64,000 bases of DNA. Origin: an uncultured Chromatiaceae bacterium (GTDB lineage: Bacteria; Pseudomonadota; Gammaproteobacteria; Steroidobacterales; GCA-2729495). Positions 43,658-52,373 of the stretch are shown here, piece by piece (within the stretch, counting starts at the first letter, position 1; each line of letters begins with the position of its first letter). Position numbers and translations under genes: made by a program. Location: contig CAYOFE010000001.1 of the NCBI GenBank assembly GCA_964403135.1, forward strand, positions 1,647-65,646, given 5' to 3'. The notes beneath the pieces were generated by a model. The model was not told the origin of the DNA and searched no databases. It worked only from the letters and a program-made list of their open reading frames with translations.

Positions 43658-44179
43658 ATGAATTCGATCGCGAGGAATTTTGGAACCCGACGCAGCATGC
43701 TGGTAGCGAGCCTGCTGGTGTTCGGCGCCATCGGCCTGTCGCTGTCACCGTCGGCAAAGGCCGGCGGGAAGGACATCGTGGACACCGCCGTCGCTGCCGG
43801 CTCTTTCAACACGCTGGCTGCGGCGCTGAAGGCTGCCGGCCTGGTCGACGCGCTCAAGGACACCGGTCCGTTCACCGTGTTTGCGCCGACGGACGCAGCG
43901 TTCGCCAAGCTGCCGGCCGGCACGCTCGATGACCTGCTGAAACCCGCCAACAAGGAAAAGCTCAAGGGCATCCTGCTCTACCACGTGGTTTCCGGGAAAA
44001 TCATGGCCGCTGACATCAAGGGCGAGGCCAAGCCCAAGACCCTGCAGGGCGCTACTCTCGACGTGAAGGCAGCCGCTGGTGGCGTGACGGTTAACGGCGC
44101 CAAGGTCACCTCGGCCGACGTTGGGGCCAGCAACGGCGTGATTCACGTGATCGATGCGGTGGTCCTGCCGCCTGCCTGA
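43658..44179 (+). CDS. Fasciclin (FAS1) domain protein, secreted
   Basis: Start moved to ATG 43658 (RBS AGGGAG). Motifs [14 protein letters not shown] and [13 protein letters not shown]. Confidence 0.9.
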   Translation: MNSIARNFGTRRSMLVASLLVFGAIGLSLSPSAKAGGKDIVDTAVAAGSFNTLAAALKAAGLVDALKDTGPFTVFAPTDAAFAKLPAGTLDDLLKPANKEKLKGILLYHVVSGKIMAADIKGEAKPKTLQGATLDVKAAAGGVTVNGAKVTSADVGASNGVIHVIDAVVLPPA

Positions 44180-44224
44180 TCCGGGTTTCCTCAGGCCAAC
44201 CGCCCAGGCAAAGACAGGGCCCCG

Positions 44225-44257
44225 GGGCGGGCACGGCACCCCCTGCCGTGTCCGCCC
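44225..44257 (+). terminator. GC-rich hairpin after the fasciclin gene (no U-tract)
   Basis: 14-bp stem (one G-T pair) with CCCCC loop. Lack of a T-run makes intrinsic termination uncertain. Confidence 0.35.
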
Positions 44258-44285
44258 GCTTCAATAGGCGCTGCGTTCGTCGTGT

Positions 44286-44942
44286 ATGATGCTGGAAGTA
44301 ATAGCAAAATGGCCGGTCAGCACGAGTCCCCTCCACGACCGGGGTCTCGCTCCGGATCGGCCGCAAGCCGCAGTGAGCCAGCAACCGACCATCCTCGAGC
44401 GCATCGCCGCAGGCGACAGCGCCGCAGTACAGGAATGCATCAATACCTACGGCGACCTGATCTGGTCGCTGGCGCGTCGCCTGTTGCGCAACCATGCCGA
44501 TGCCGAAGACGCCGTGCAGGACATTTTCATCGACCTGTGGAACAGCGCATCGCGCTTCGACCCCAATGTGGCGAGCGAGGTGGCATTTGTCTCGACGATC
44601 GCGCGAAGGCGCCTGATTGACCGACTGCGCCAGCAGGGCCGTCGCCCCGGTATGGATTCGCTCGACGACGACGAGGCCGGCGACGCACGCCAGCCCTTCA
44701 TCCTGGCGCAGAACGAGGAACAGTCCGACGTAGCGGTGGTAGCGCGGGTGCTGGCCGAGATGGACCCGCAGCACAGCCGTATCCTCTCGCTGTCGCTCTA
44801 TGAGGGCTACAGCCACAGCGAGATAGCCGAACAGCTCGGCATTCCGCTCGGCACCGTAAAGACACGCGTGCGCCGCGGCCTGATACACATCCGCGAACAA
44901 CTCGGCATTGCAGCTCCGGACACCGAGGAGGCGGCCGGGTGA
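44286..44942 (+). CDS. ECF-type RNA polymerase sigma factor
   Basis: Region 2 (DAEDAVQDIFIDLW) and region 4 (YSHSEIAEQLGIPLGTVKTRVRRG). The true start may lie downstream of 44286. Confidence 0.9.
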   Translation: MMLEVIAKWPVSTSPLHDRGLAPDRPQAAVSQQPTILERIAAGDSAAVQECINTYGDLIWSLARRLLRNHADAEDAVQDIFIDLWNSASRFDPNVASEVAFVSTIARRRLIDRLRQQGRRPGMDSLDDDEAGDARQPFILAQNEEQSDVAVVARVLAEMDPQHSRILSLSLYEGYSHSEIAEQLGIPLGTVKTRVRRGLIHIREQLGIAAPDTEEAAG

Positions 44943-45772
44943 TGGCGCAACCCGTACGCAATCGGGCTAAGGTTCTGGACCTGCTCGCCGGCGAGGCCGC
45001 GGGCGATCTCAGCCTGGAGGAGTCGCTGGAACTCGCAGCGCTGCGCCGCCCGGATCCCCTGGCGGGTTCCGAGCAGCTGATGACCGCTGCCGGTCTGGCG
45101 CAGTTGTCCTTCCTCAAGGCCGATCGGCGCGGTGTCGAGCGTATGCCCGAAAATCTCCAGGCGCGCCTGCTGCACAGCGCCAAGGCATGGTCCGCGTCTC
45201 GTGCCGGCAATAGCCAGGTCACCGACATCGCGGTAGCGCGGCGCGAGCGTCACGTTGCTGCCACGCCCTCGGCGCCGCAACGCCAGCCGGTGGCGATGGC
45301 CGGCTGGGCAGTCGCTGCAGCGCTCGCCGTGGCGTTCGTTGTTTTCCGCGCGAGCGACCCTGGCGCTCCCGGTCGGATCAGTGCCGAGCAACAGCGCGCG
45401 CACCTGATGAGTTCGGCCACCGACCTGTTGCATGCCCCCTGGTCGCCGCCCAGCGCGCCCGGCTACGAGGGTGTCCGCGGCGATGTGCTCTGGAGCAGCG
45501 CGCGGCAGGAGGGGTACCTCCGGCTGGCCGGCTTGCCGGAAAACGACCCGGCGCGCAACCAGTATCAGCTCTGGATCGTCGACCCGGAGCGCGATGCGAA
45601 TCCCGTGGATGGCGGCGTGTTCGATGTGCCGTCCTCAGGGGAGGTCACCATTCCCATACAGGCCAAGCTCGCGATCGGCCGGCCCCGTGCCTTCGCGATC
45701 ACTCTCGAACAGCCTGGTGGAGTGGTCGTTTCGAAAGGGCCGTTGCTGGTGGTCGCTGCAGTCGGCAGCTGA
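44942..45772 (+). CDS. Anti-sigma factor with RskA-type C-terminal domain
   Basis: ATG overlaps the sigma stop (TGATG). Central TM segment (MAGWAVAAALAVAFVVF). C-terminal YQLWIVDPE...AFAITLEQPGG resembles anti-sigma-K RskA. Confidence 0.75.
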   Translation: MAQPVRNRAKVLDLLAGEAAGDLSLEESLELAALRRPDPLAGSEQLMTAAGLAQLSFLKADRRGVERMPENLQARLLHSAKAWSASRAGNSQVTDIAVARRERHVAATPSAPQRQPVAMAGWAVAAALAVAFVVFRASDPGAPGRISAEQQRAHLMSSATDLLHAPWSPPSAPGYEGVRGDVLWSSARQEGYLRLAGLPENDPARNQYQLWIVDPERDANPVDGGVFDVPSSGEVTIPIQAKLAIGRPRAFAITLEQPGGVVVSKGPLLVVAAVGS

Positions 45773-45796
45773 GCGGCAGCGCGCCCGCACCGACGG

Positions 45797-46474
45797 GTGG
45801 CCGACATTCGCGGAGCATACAGCCAGATGTTGCCGGACCAGCGCATTGCACAAATACTGGCCGCCGCCGCCGAGTACCGCATTGCTGACTACGAACGCTG
45901 CCTGGCCGAGGCGGCGTCGCAGATGAACCCGGAGGAACTGGTCGAGCAGCTGTTCGCACCATTGCTCCGGGAGGCTGGCGACCGCTGGCACAGCGGCGAA
46001 CTCTCGATCGTGCAGGAGCACATGCTGTCGAGCGCGGTACGGCGCCAGTTGTACTATGTACTGGACCGCCATGCGCGCGCGTCAGCCGGTCCGGCCATTG
46101 CTTTTACCACGCTCAGCGGCGAGCGTCACGAAATGGGCAGCCTGATGCTGGCGGTTGTCAGCGCCAGCCGGGGCTTTCGCGCGATATACCTCGGCGCCGA
46201 CCTGCCCGTTGACGAGGTCGGACGCTTCTGCACGCAGGTTGACGTCGCCGCGGTAGCGATCAGCCTGGTGACCAGCCCGGTGGTCATCGACGCCTACGCC
46301 CAGTTGCAAACGCTGCGCCGGCTCACCAATCCACGGGTGCAGATCTGGATCGGTGGCCAGGCGGCGCGGCTGCTCGATGCCGCGCAACTGCCGGCGGGAA
46401 CCGTGACGATCATGGACATGCAGCAATTTGACGCGCAGCTGGCCGTGCTGCGCGAGAGGACAATCGCCAAATGA
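45797..46474 (+). CDS. Stand-alone CarH-type cobalamin-binding module (no DNA-binding domain)
   Basis: W-x9-EH (W64...E74 H75; TGG at 45986-45988) and ExHxxG (E109-R-H111-E-M-G114). Only 24 nt separate it from the anti-sigma stop, so there is no room for a MerR HTH. GTG start. Confidence 0.8.
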   Translation: MADIRGAYSQMLPDQRIAQILAAAAEYRIADYERCLAEAASQMNPEELVEQLFAPLLREAGDRWHSGELSIVQEHMLSSAVRRQLYYVLDRHARASAGPAIAFTTLSGERHEMGSLMLAVVSASRGFRAIYLGADLPVDEVGRFCTQVDVAAVAISLVTSPVVIDAYAQLQTLRRLTNPRVQIWIGGQAARLLDAAQLPAGTVTIMDMQQFDAQLAVLRERTIAK

Positions 46475-47595
46475 CACCACGCAACCGCCGGCGGCTGCTC
46501 GCCTCAGGTATCGCGCTGACATTGATCGTTGCCGTCGTGTTCTGGAGAACCCGCCCCGAACAGGCCGCGGTAGTGACCCCGGTGCAACGCGATGTGGTGG
46601 AGGTCGTGGTGGCCAGCGGCAAGATCCGCGCCGTACGCCAGAGCGTGGTCGGCGCCGAGTCAGCGGGCATCGTCGAAAGCGTGGAGGTCGCCGAGGGTGA
46701 CTCGGTGAAGGCCGGGCAGTTGCTCGGGCGACTGCGGCTCGGCGAAACGGATGCGCGGCTCGCCCAGACGCTCGCCTCACTGCGGGCGGCGGAAACCACG
46801 CTGCGCGGCGAGGAATCGCTTCTCGAGGCATCGCAACGCGAGCTCAATCGCGCACGCGAGCTCGCCGCGCGCAGGCTCGTGCCGGCGGCCGAGCTGGAGG
46901 ACGCCGAATCGGCCGAGCGGCTGCAGCGGACCAAAACCGACGCAGCACGCGCGCGGCTCGAGGAAGCGCAGGCCGAGGTCGCCAAGGTGCGACCCGAGTT
47001 CGGCAAGCGCGAGGTGCGCGCACCGTTCGACGGAGTCGTGATCGAGCGGCTGGTGCAGCCCGGCACCGGCGTGACGAGCTCCACGGGATGGTTCTCGATC
47101 GCCGAAATGAGCGCTACCGAAATCTACGTCGAAACCGACGAGAACAACCTCGGGCGCCTGAAAGTGGGCCAGCCCGCCATCGCGGTCGCTCCCGCCTACC
47201 CCGACAAGCCCTTCGACGCGCGCCTGACCCAGGTCGGGCCCAACGTCGACAGCGAGCGCGGCGTGGTCGGCCTGCGCCTGCGCGCCGACAACCTGCCGCC
47301 ATTCATATTGCCCAACATGACGATCGACGTGAACATCGAGGTGAAGCGCACCGACAAGGCCATAGCAGTGCCCGCGAGCGCCGTATCGCTGCAGGGGCCG
47401 CCCCATGTGCTGGCGATTGGCGATGGCGGCCGCCTCGAAATGCGCCGCGTGGAGATCCTGGGGCGCAACCCCGAGTGGGTCGCGGTGCGGGGTCTCGATG
47501 GGAACACGCGGGTGCTGCGCGAGGTGCGCGGCGGCGCTGCCGGCGATCGCATCCGGCCGATCGAGGCCGAGGTAGCGGGGCCGCCACGCCGATGA
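46471..47595 (+). CDS. HlyD/MacA-type periplasmic adaptor (membrane fusion protein)
   Basis: ATG overlaps the preceding stop (ATGA). N-terminal TM segment, coiled-coil hairpin and barrel-sandwich pattern. Confidence 0.85.
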   Translation: MTPRNRRRLLASGIALTLIVAVVFWRTRPEQAAVVTPVQRDVVEVVVASGKIRAVRQSVVGAESAGIVESVEVAEGDSVKAGQLLGRLRLGETDARLAQTLASLRAAETTLRGEESLLEASQRELNRARELAARRLVPAAELEDAESAERLQRTKTDAARARLEEAQAEVAKVRPEFGKREVRAPFDGVVIERLVQPGTGVTSSTGWFSIAEMSATEIYVETDENNLGRLKVGQPAIAVAPAYPDKPFDARLTQVGPNVDSERGVVGLRLRADNLPPFILPNMTIDVNIEVKRTDKAIAVPASAVSLQGPPHVLAIGDGGRLEMRRVEILGRNPEWVAVRGLDGNTRVLREVRGGAAGDRIRPIEAEVAGPPRR

Positions 47596-48842
47596 AACTC
47601 AGCTACTTCACGCTGACGGTGGCGCTGCGGCACCTGCGCTATGGCGTCGGCCAGTCGCTGCTGACCATCGGCGTGGTCGCAATCAGCGTGCTGCTGATCG
47701 TCTACCTGCGCACCGTCATCGGCGGCACGCAGGTGCGCATCGTCAACAACGTCACCGGGGCGATTCCCCACATCGTGCTCGAGCCTCCCGAGCGCACACC
47801 GATGGCGGCCTGGCGGCTGCCGCCGCGGGAGCGCGACACGATCTATGTCGGCGAGTCCGTGAAGCTGCCCCGCGCCATGGACAAGATCGACGACTGGCCG
47901 CAGTGGCTGCAAGCCCTCGATCGGGATCGGCAGTTCACGGTGGTTTCGCCGGTTGCCAGCGGCAACGTCTTCATGTTCCGCTCGGCGCGACGCCAGTCGG
48001 TGCGCATCACCGGCGTGATGCCGGAGCGCCATGATGCAATCGTCAACATCGAGGCCAACCTCGTCGAAGGGCGCTTTCTGCAACTGATTTCCGGCGAAGT
48101 CGCGCTTGGCCGCAAGCTCGCCGACCAGCTTGGCATCAGGCTGCGCGACAAGCTGCGGCTGGTCGGGCCCGGTGGCCAGGCGCTGTCGGTCACTGTCGGC
48201 GGCATCTACAACACCGGTTTTGGCGCGCTCGACGACGGACAGCTGTTCATGAACCTGCGCGATGCGCAATCGCTGCTCGAGCTCGGCAGCTCCATCAGCA
48301 ACATCTCGCTGCGCGTACGGGAGCTTTTCGCGGCAGACAGGATCGCGCAGGGACTCGCGGTGCGCATGCCGTTCAAGGTGCGCTCCTGGATCAGCGACAA
48401 CCCGAGCATCTTCGGCACGCTCGACGCGCAGAACCAGACCATCGACCTGGTCCTGATCTCCACCATCTTTGCGGCAGGCTTCGGCATCGCCAGCATCCTG
48501 ATCATGTCCGTGACGGGCAAGTACCGGGAGATCGGCATCCTCAAGGCAATGGGCGCGACACCGCCCGAGATCCAGACCATCTTCGTCGTGGAGGGCTTCC
48601 TGCTGGCGGTGCTTGGCTGCTTCGTCGGCATTCCGGCCGGCATAGCGCTGTTGCAGGCGCTGTCGCAGATCCGCGCGCCGGGGCCCGGCGGCAGGATCCA
48701 GTCGGTGTTCCTCATCGAGATCGATCCGGTACTGCTCGCCGGCGCGGCCGCAGTGGCCATCACGGTTGGGGTCACCGCCGCGTTCTTTCCCGCGCGCCGC
48801 GCAGCCAGTATCGACCCGATGGAAGTCATCCGGGGTGCCTGA
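47592..48842 (+). CDS. ABC transporter permease, FtsX/MacB/LolC-like
   Basis: Start moved to ATG 47592 (overlaps the adaptor stop). Large periplasmic loop and C-terminal FtsX TM bundle. Confidence 0.85.
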   Translation: MKLSYFTLTVALRHLRYGVGQSLLTIGVVAISVLLIVYLRTVIGGTQVRIVNNVTGAIPHIVLEPPERTPMAAWRLPPRERDTIYVGESVKLPRAMDKIDDWPQWLQALDRDRQFTVVSPVASGNVFMFRSARRQSVRITGVMPERHDAIVNIEANLVEGRFLQLISGEVALGRKLADQLGIRLRDKLRLVGPGGQALSVTVGGIYNTGFGALDDGQLFMNLRDAQSLLELGSSISNISLRVRELFAADRIAQGLAVRMPFKVRSWISDNPSIFGTLDAQNQTIDLVLISTIFAAGFGIASILIMSVTGKYREIGILKAMGATPPEIQTIFVVEGFLLAVLGCFVGIPAGIALLQALSQIRAPGPGGRIQSVFLIEIDPVLLAGAAAVAITVGVTAAFFPARRAASIDPMEVIRGA

Positions 48843-49609
48843 TGGCAAGCACGCCGGTCATAGAGCTGCGTGACGTCGGCAAAACCTACCAGACCGGCGA
48901 AATCCAGACCCCGGTGCTCTTCGACGTGTCGTTCACGGTGTACCGCAGCGAGTTCGTCGCCATCGTCGGTGGCAGCGGCTCGGGCAAGACCACGCTGCTG
49001 AACCTCATGGGCCTGCTCGACCGGCCGAGTACCGGCCAGATCCTGATCGAGGGCCGTCCGGCAAGCGACCTCGACGAGCCGGGCCGCGCGCAGATGCGCC
49101 GTGAGCGACTGGGGTTCATCTTCCAGTTCCATTACCTGCTGCCGGAATTCAACGTCCTGGAGAACGCCCTGATGCCGTGCCGCATGAAAGGGGCGGATTT
49201 CGAGGCCCGGCAGGAAACGCGCATGCGGCAGTTGCTCGAGACCGTGGGCCTCGGCGACAAGCTCAGGAACCGGCCCAGCCAGCTCTCCGGAGGCCAGCAG
49301 CAAAGGGTCGCGGTGGTGCGCTCCCTCGCCAACAATCCGGCGCTGGTGCTGGCCGACGAGCCGACCGGCAACCTCGACAGCCGCAGCGGCCGGGTGGTGT
49401 TCGACCTGATGCGATCGCTCAGCCGCGAGTCGGGCACGACCTTCATCATGGTCACCCACGATGATGACTTTGCCCTGGAGGCCGACCGGGTTATCCGCAT
49501 CAAGGACGGCCGGATCCAGCACCTGGCGGCGGCCGAGCGGCCCGCCGGCGCCGGGCCGTCGCAGACCGCGAATCCAATCCCGCCTGCGCCGACGAATTAC
49601 CTCACGTAA
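48842..49609 (+). CDS. ABC transporter ATP-binding protein (MacB/LolD-like)
   Basis: Walker [10 protein letters not shown], signature LSGGQQQR, Walker [12 protein letters not shown] overlaps the permease stop. Confidence 0.95.
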   Translation: MASTPVIELRDVGKTYQTGEIQTPVLFDVSFTVYRSEFVAIVGGSGSGKTTLLNLMGLLDRPSTGQILIEGRPASDLDEPGRAQMRRERLGFIFQFHYLLPEFNVLENALMPCRMKGADFEARQETRMRQLLETVGLGDKLRNRPSQLSGGQQQRVAVVRSLANNPALVLADEPTGNLDSRSGRVVFDLMRSLSRESGTTFIMVTHDDDFALEADRVIRIKDGRIQHLAAAERPAGAGPSQTANPIPPAPTNYLT

Positions 49610-49664
49610 CGGGGGCCATTGGGGCTCCCCGCCCGAACATCCCATTGAGGGAGGGAGAGCCACC

Positions 49665-50414
49665 ATGAGCCCACCGCCAGTACACGCCCTTGCCGCGTCC
49701 ACGCCCGTCGAAGTCGGCTCGCTGTTCCGCCTGCCCGTGCCCGGGCCTGAAGCCGGGCTGCGGCCAGAAGCCATCGCGGTACGCAATGCCCTGATCCGCC
49801 GCGGGCTGGAAACGCCGATGGTCGGGAACCCCCTGAGCGCCGAGGAAAAACGCCAGCGCATCCAGGCGCATTTCACCGAGATCATGAAAGTGCTCGGCCT
49901 CGATCTCAGCGACGACAGCCTCATGGACACGCCGCGGCGCATCGCCAAGATGTACGTCAACGAGATCTTCGGCGGGCTCGACTACCGCAACTTCCCGAAG
50001 CTGACCGTGGTCGAGAACAAGATGCAGGTCGACGAGATGGTTCGAGTCGCCAACATTAACCTGTCCTCCACCTGCGAACACCACTTCATCACGATCGACG
50101 GCACCGCGACCGTCGCCTACATTCCCGGCGGCAAGGTAATCGGGCTTTCAAAGATCAACCGCATCGTGGCTTTTTTCGCACAGCGGCCGCAGATCCAGGA
50201 ACGTCTCACCGAGCAGGTCCTGCTTGCTTTGCAGACTCTGCTCGAGACTGACGACGTCGCCGTCAGCATCAACGCCATGCACTTCTGCGTGAAAGCCCGC
50301 GGCGTGATGGACGCCAGCAGCCGCACCACCACCACCGCGCTCGGCGGCGCCTTCAAGACGAACGCCGAGACGCGCAAGGAGTTCCTTGCCGGCGTGGCAG
50401 GCGCGGCCCAGTAG
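49665..50414 (+). CDS. folE: GTP cyclohydrolase I
   Basis: Start moved to ATG 49665 (RBS GAGGGAGGGAG). Motifs SSTCEHHF and RPQIQERLT. Confidence 0.95.
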   Translation: MSPPPVHALAASTPVEVGSLFRLPVPGPEAGLRPEAIAVRNALIRRGLETPMVGNPLSAEEKRQRIQAHFTEIMKVLGLDLSDDSLMDTPRRIAKMYVNEIFGGLDYRNFPKLTVVENKMQVDEMVRVANINLSSTCEHHFITIDGTATVAYIPGGKVIGLSKINRIVAFFAQRPQIQERLTEQVLLALQTLLETDDVAVSINAMHFCVKARGVMDASSRTTTTALGGAFKTNAETRKEFLAGVAGAAQ

Positions 50415-50427
50415 CGGGCCGCGCCGG

Positions 50428-50700
50428 TTACTCGGCGGTGGTCGGATCGATGATCTCGCGCACCTGCGAAATGCGATTGGCGGGAAAGCCGCCTTGTCTC
50501 GCATGCTCGCGCACCGCAGCCTCGTCCGGCGCGATGTAGATACAGTACACCTTGTCGTCGGTGACGTAGCTCTGCAGCCACTGGATCTGCGGGCCAAGCT
50601 TGCGCAGCACGCCGCAGGACTTCTGCGAAATGCCCTGCAGTTCCTCAGCCGTGAGCTTGCCGGCGCCGGGAATGTCCCGCTCGATAACGAACCTGGGCAT
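50428..50700 (-). CDS. DUF4242-like small protein
   Basis: Start moved to ATG 50700 (MPRFVIERDIPGAG...). About 90 aa, matching the family pattern as I recall it. Confidence 0.55.
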   Translation of the reverse strand: MPRFVIERDIPGAGKLTAEELQGISQKSCGVLRKLGPQIQWLQSYVTDDKVYCIYIAPDEAAVREHARQGGFPANRISQVREIIDPTTAE

Positions 50701-50936
50701 GGTCTGATCCTTCCCCGTCCAGAGGGTTGGCCTGCCGACAGTGGCCGGGCGATTGTACTCGACCAGCGACGGCAACGGCCTGGCCTGCTCCAGCCAGCCT
50801 GCGCTGGTGCTCAACGCGATGCCGGGAACGGCTTCACGTTGCGGTGGGCAGCCGCCGCCCCGCATGCAGAATCCGTGAACACACGGCGCGCGAACTTGCC
50901 CGTATTGGATCTCAATTTCGGCAGGGGAAGCGCCAC

Positions 50937-52373
50937 GTGACCTCGCTGCTGTGGTTCAGGCAGGACCTGCGGCTCGCCGACAACCCGGCGCTGCGCGCGG
51001 CTGTGGACAGCGACGGGCCCGTGATCCCGGTCTACATTCACTGCCCGGAGGAAGACGGCCGCTGGCCACCCGGAGCCGCATCGCGCTGGTGGCTGCACCA
51101 CTCCCTGCAGTCGCTCGATTCTGAACTGCGCCGCCGCGGCTCTCGGCTGCTGCTTGCCCGTGGGCAAGCGCTAACGGCATTGCGGCGGTTGATTGTCGGA
51201 ACCGGCGCCCGCACCGTCTTCTGGAACCGCCGCTATGAACCCGCGGCGGCGCAACGGGACGAATTCGTGCGCCGGGCGCTCGAGGCCGATGGCATCGCGG
51301 TCCGCACGTTCAATGCGTCGTTGCTCATGGAGCCCGCTGCGATCAGCACGCGCGAGGGCCGCCCGTTCCAGGTATTCACGGCGTTCTGGCGGCGCGCAAG
51401 CAACGCATTGGAGCCGCCCGTCCCGCAGCCAGCGCGGCGCAGGATCGAGCCGCCGGGGACCTGGCCCGAATCTCTGCCTCTCGCGTCATTGGGGCTCTTC
51501 CCGCACAAGCCCTGGCATCACGGGCTTGCGTGCGGATGGCGGCCCGGCGAAGCGGCGGCGCATGCGCGGCTTGATCTGTTTACGGGCGATCTGCTCGCCG
51601 CATATGCCAGGGACAGAAATCGCCCCGACCACGACGGCACCTCGCGGCTTTCGCCGCATCTGCATTTCGGCGAGATCTCGCCACGCCAGGTGCTGGCGGC
51701 CGTGCTGTCAGCAGGCGCGGCGGCAGGACTCGCGCCCGGCGAGGCGCTCAAGTCGCCTTTCTTGACGGAACTCGGCTGGCGCGAGTTCGGCTATCACCTC
51801 CTGCACCACTACCCGAGCAGCAGCGACGAGCCGTTGCGTGAACGGTTCCGGCGATTTCCCTGGCGGGATGACGCCGCGGCGCTGGAGGCCTGGCAGCGCG
51901 GCCGCACCGGCGTGCCGATCGTCGATGCCGGCATGCGCCAGCTCTGGCAGACCGGATGGATGCACAACCGCGTGCGCATGATCGCGGCATCGTACCTGGT
52001 GAAGAACCTGCGCGTGCCGTGGCAGCATGGCGCGCGCTGGTTCTGGGACACGCTGGTCGATGCGGACCTCGCCAGCAACACGCTTGGCTGGCAATGGGTT
52101 ACAGGCTGCGGCGCCGATGCCGCCCCGTACTTCAGGATCTTCAACCCGGTGATCCAGGCGCGCAGGTTCGACCCCGACGGGAGCTACGTAAGACGATTCG
52201 TCCCCGAGCTCGCAGGCCTCTCCACCACACGGATCCACGCGCCCTGGGAGGCGTCTGCGGCCGAGCTGGCAGCGGCCGGCATCCGCCTCGGCGAGGACTA
52301 CCCGGCGCCGATCGTCGATCTGCGCGCCTCGCGCGAGGCGGCGCTCGCCGCGTTCAGGTCACTGCGCCGCTAG
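50937..52373 (+). CDS. phrB: Deoxyribodipyrimidine photolyase (class I CPD type)
   Basis: GTG 50937 gives TSLLWFRQDLRLADNPAL. FAD-binding TGVPIVDAGMRQLWQTGWMHNRVRMIAASYLVK present. Confidence 0.95.
   Translation: MTSLLWFRQDLRLADNPALRAAVDSDGPVIPVYIHCPEEDGRWPPGAASRWWLHHSLQSLDSELRRRGSRLLLARGQALTALRRLIVGTGARTVFWNRRYEPAAAQRDEFVRRALEADGIAVRTFNASLLMEPAAISTREGRPFQVFTAFWRRASNALEPPVPQPARRRIEPPGTWPESLPLASLGLFPHKPWHHGLACGWRPGEAAAHARLDLFTGDLLAAYARDRNRPDHDGTSRLSPHLHFGEISPRQVLAAVLSAGAAAGLAPGEALKSPFLTELGWREFGYHLLHHYPSSSDEPLRERFRRFPWRDDAAALEAWQRGRTGVPIVDAGMRQLWQTGWMHNRVRMIAASYLVKNLRVPWQHGARWFWDTLVDADLASNTLGWQWVTGCGADAAPYFRIFNPVIQARRFDPDGSYVRRFVPELAGLSTTRIHAPWEASAAELAAAGIRLGEDYPAPIVDLRASREAALAAFRSLRR

Noticed and set aside
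47196-49960. Two long minus-strand ORFs (550 aa and 584 aa) across the ABC transporter genes
   Set aside because: The opposite strand carries Walker A/B, ABC signature and FtsX-type sequences. The antisense products are low-complexity.
50704-50709. TGATCC hexamers (also at 44178-44183) as RpoE/ChrR-type -35 elements for a singlet-oxygen regulon
   Set aside because: There is no matching -10 at the expected spacing, I could not recall the full consensus reliably, and no motif is shared among the upstream regions of 42937, 43658, 44286 and 50937.
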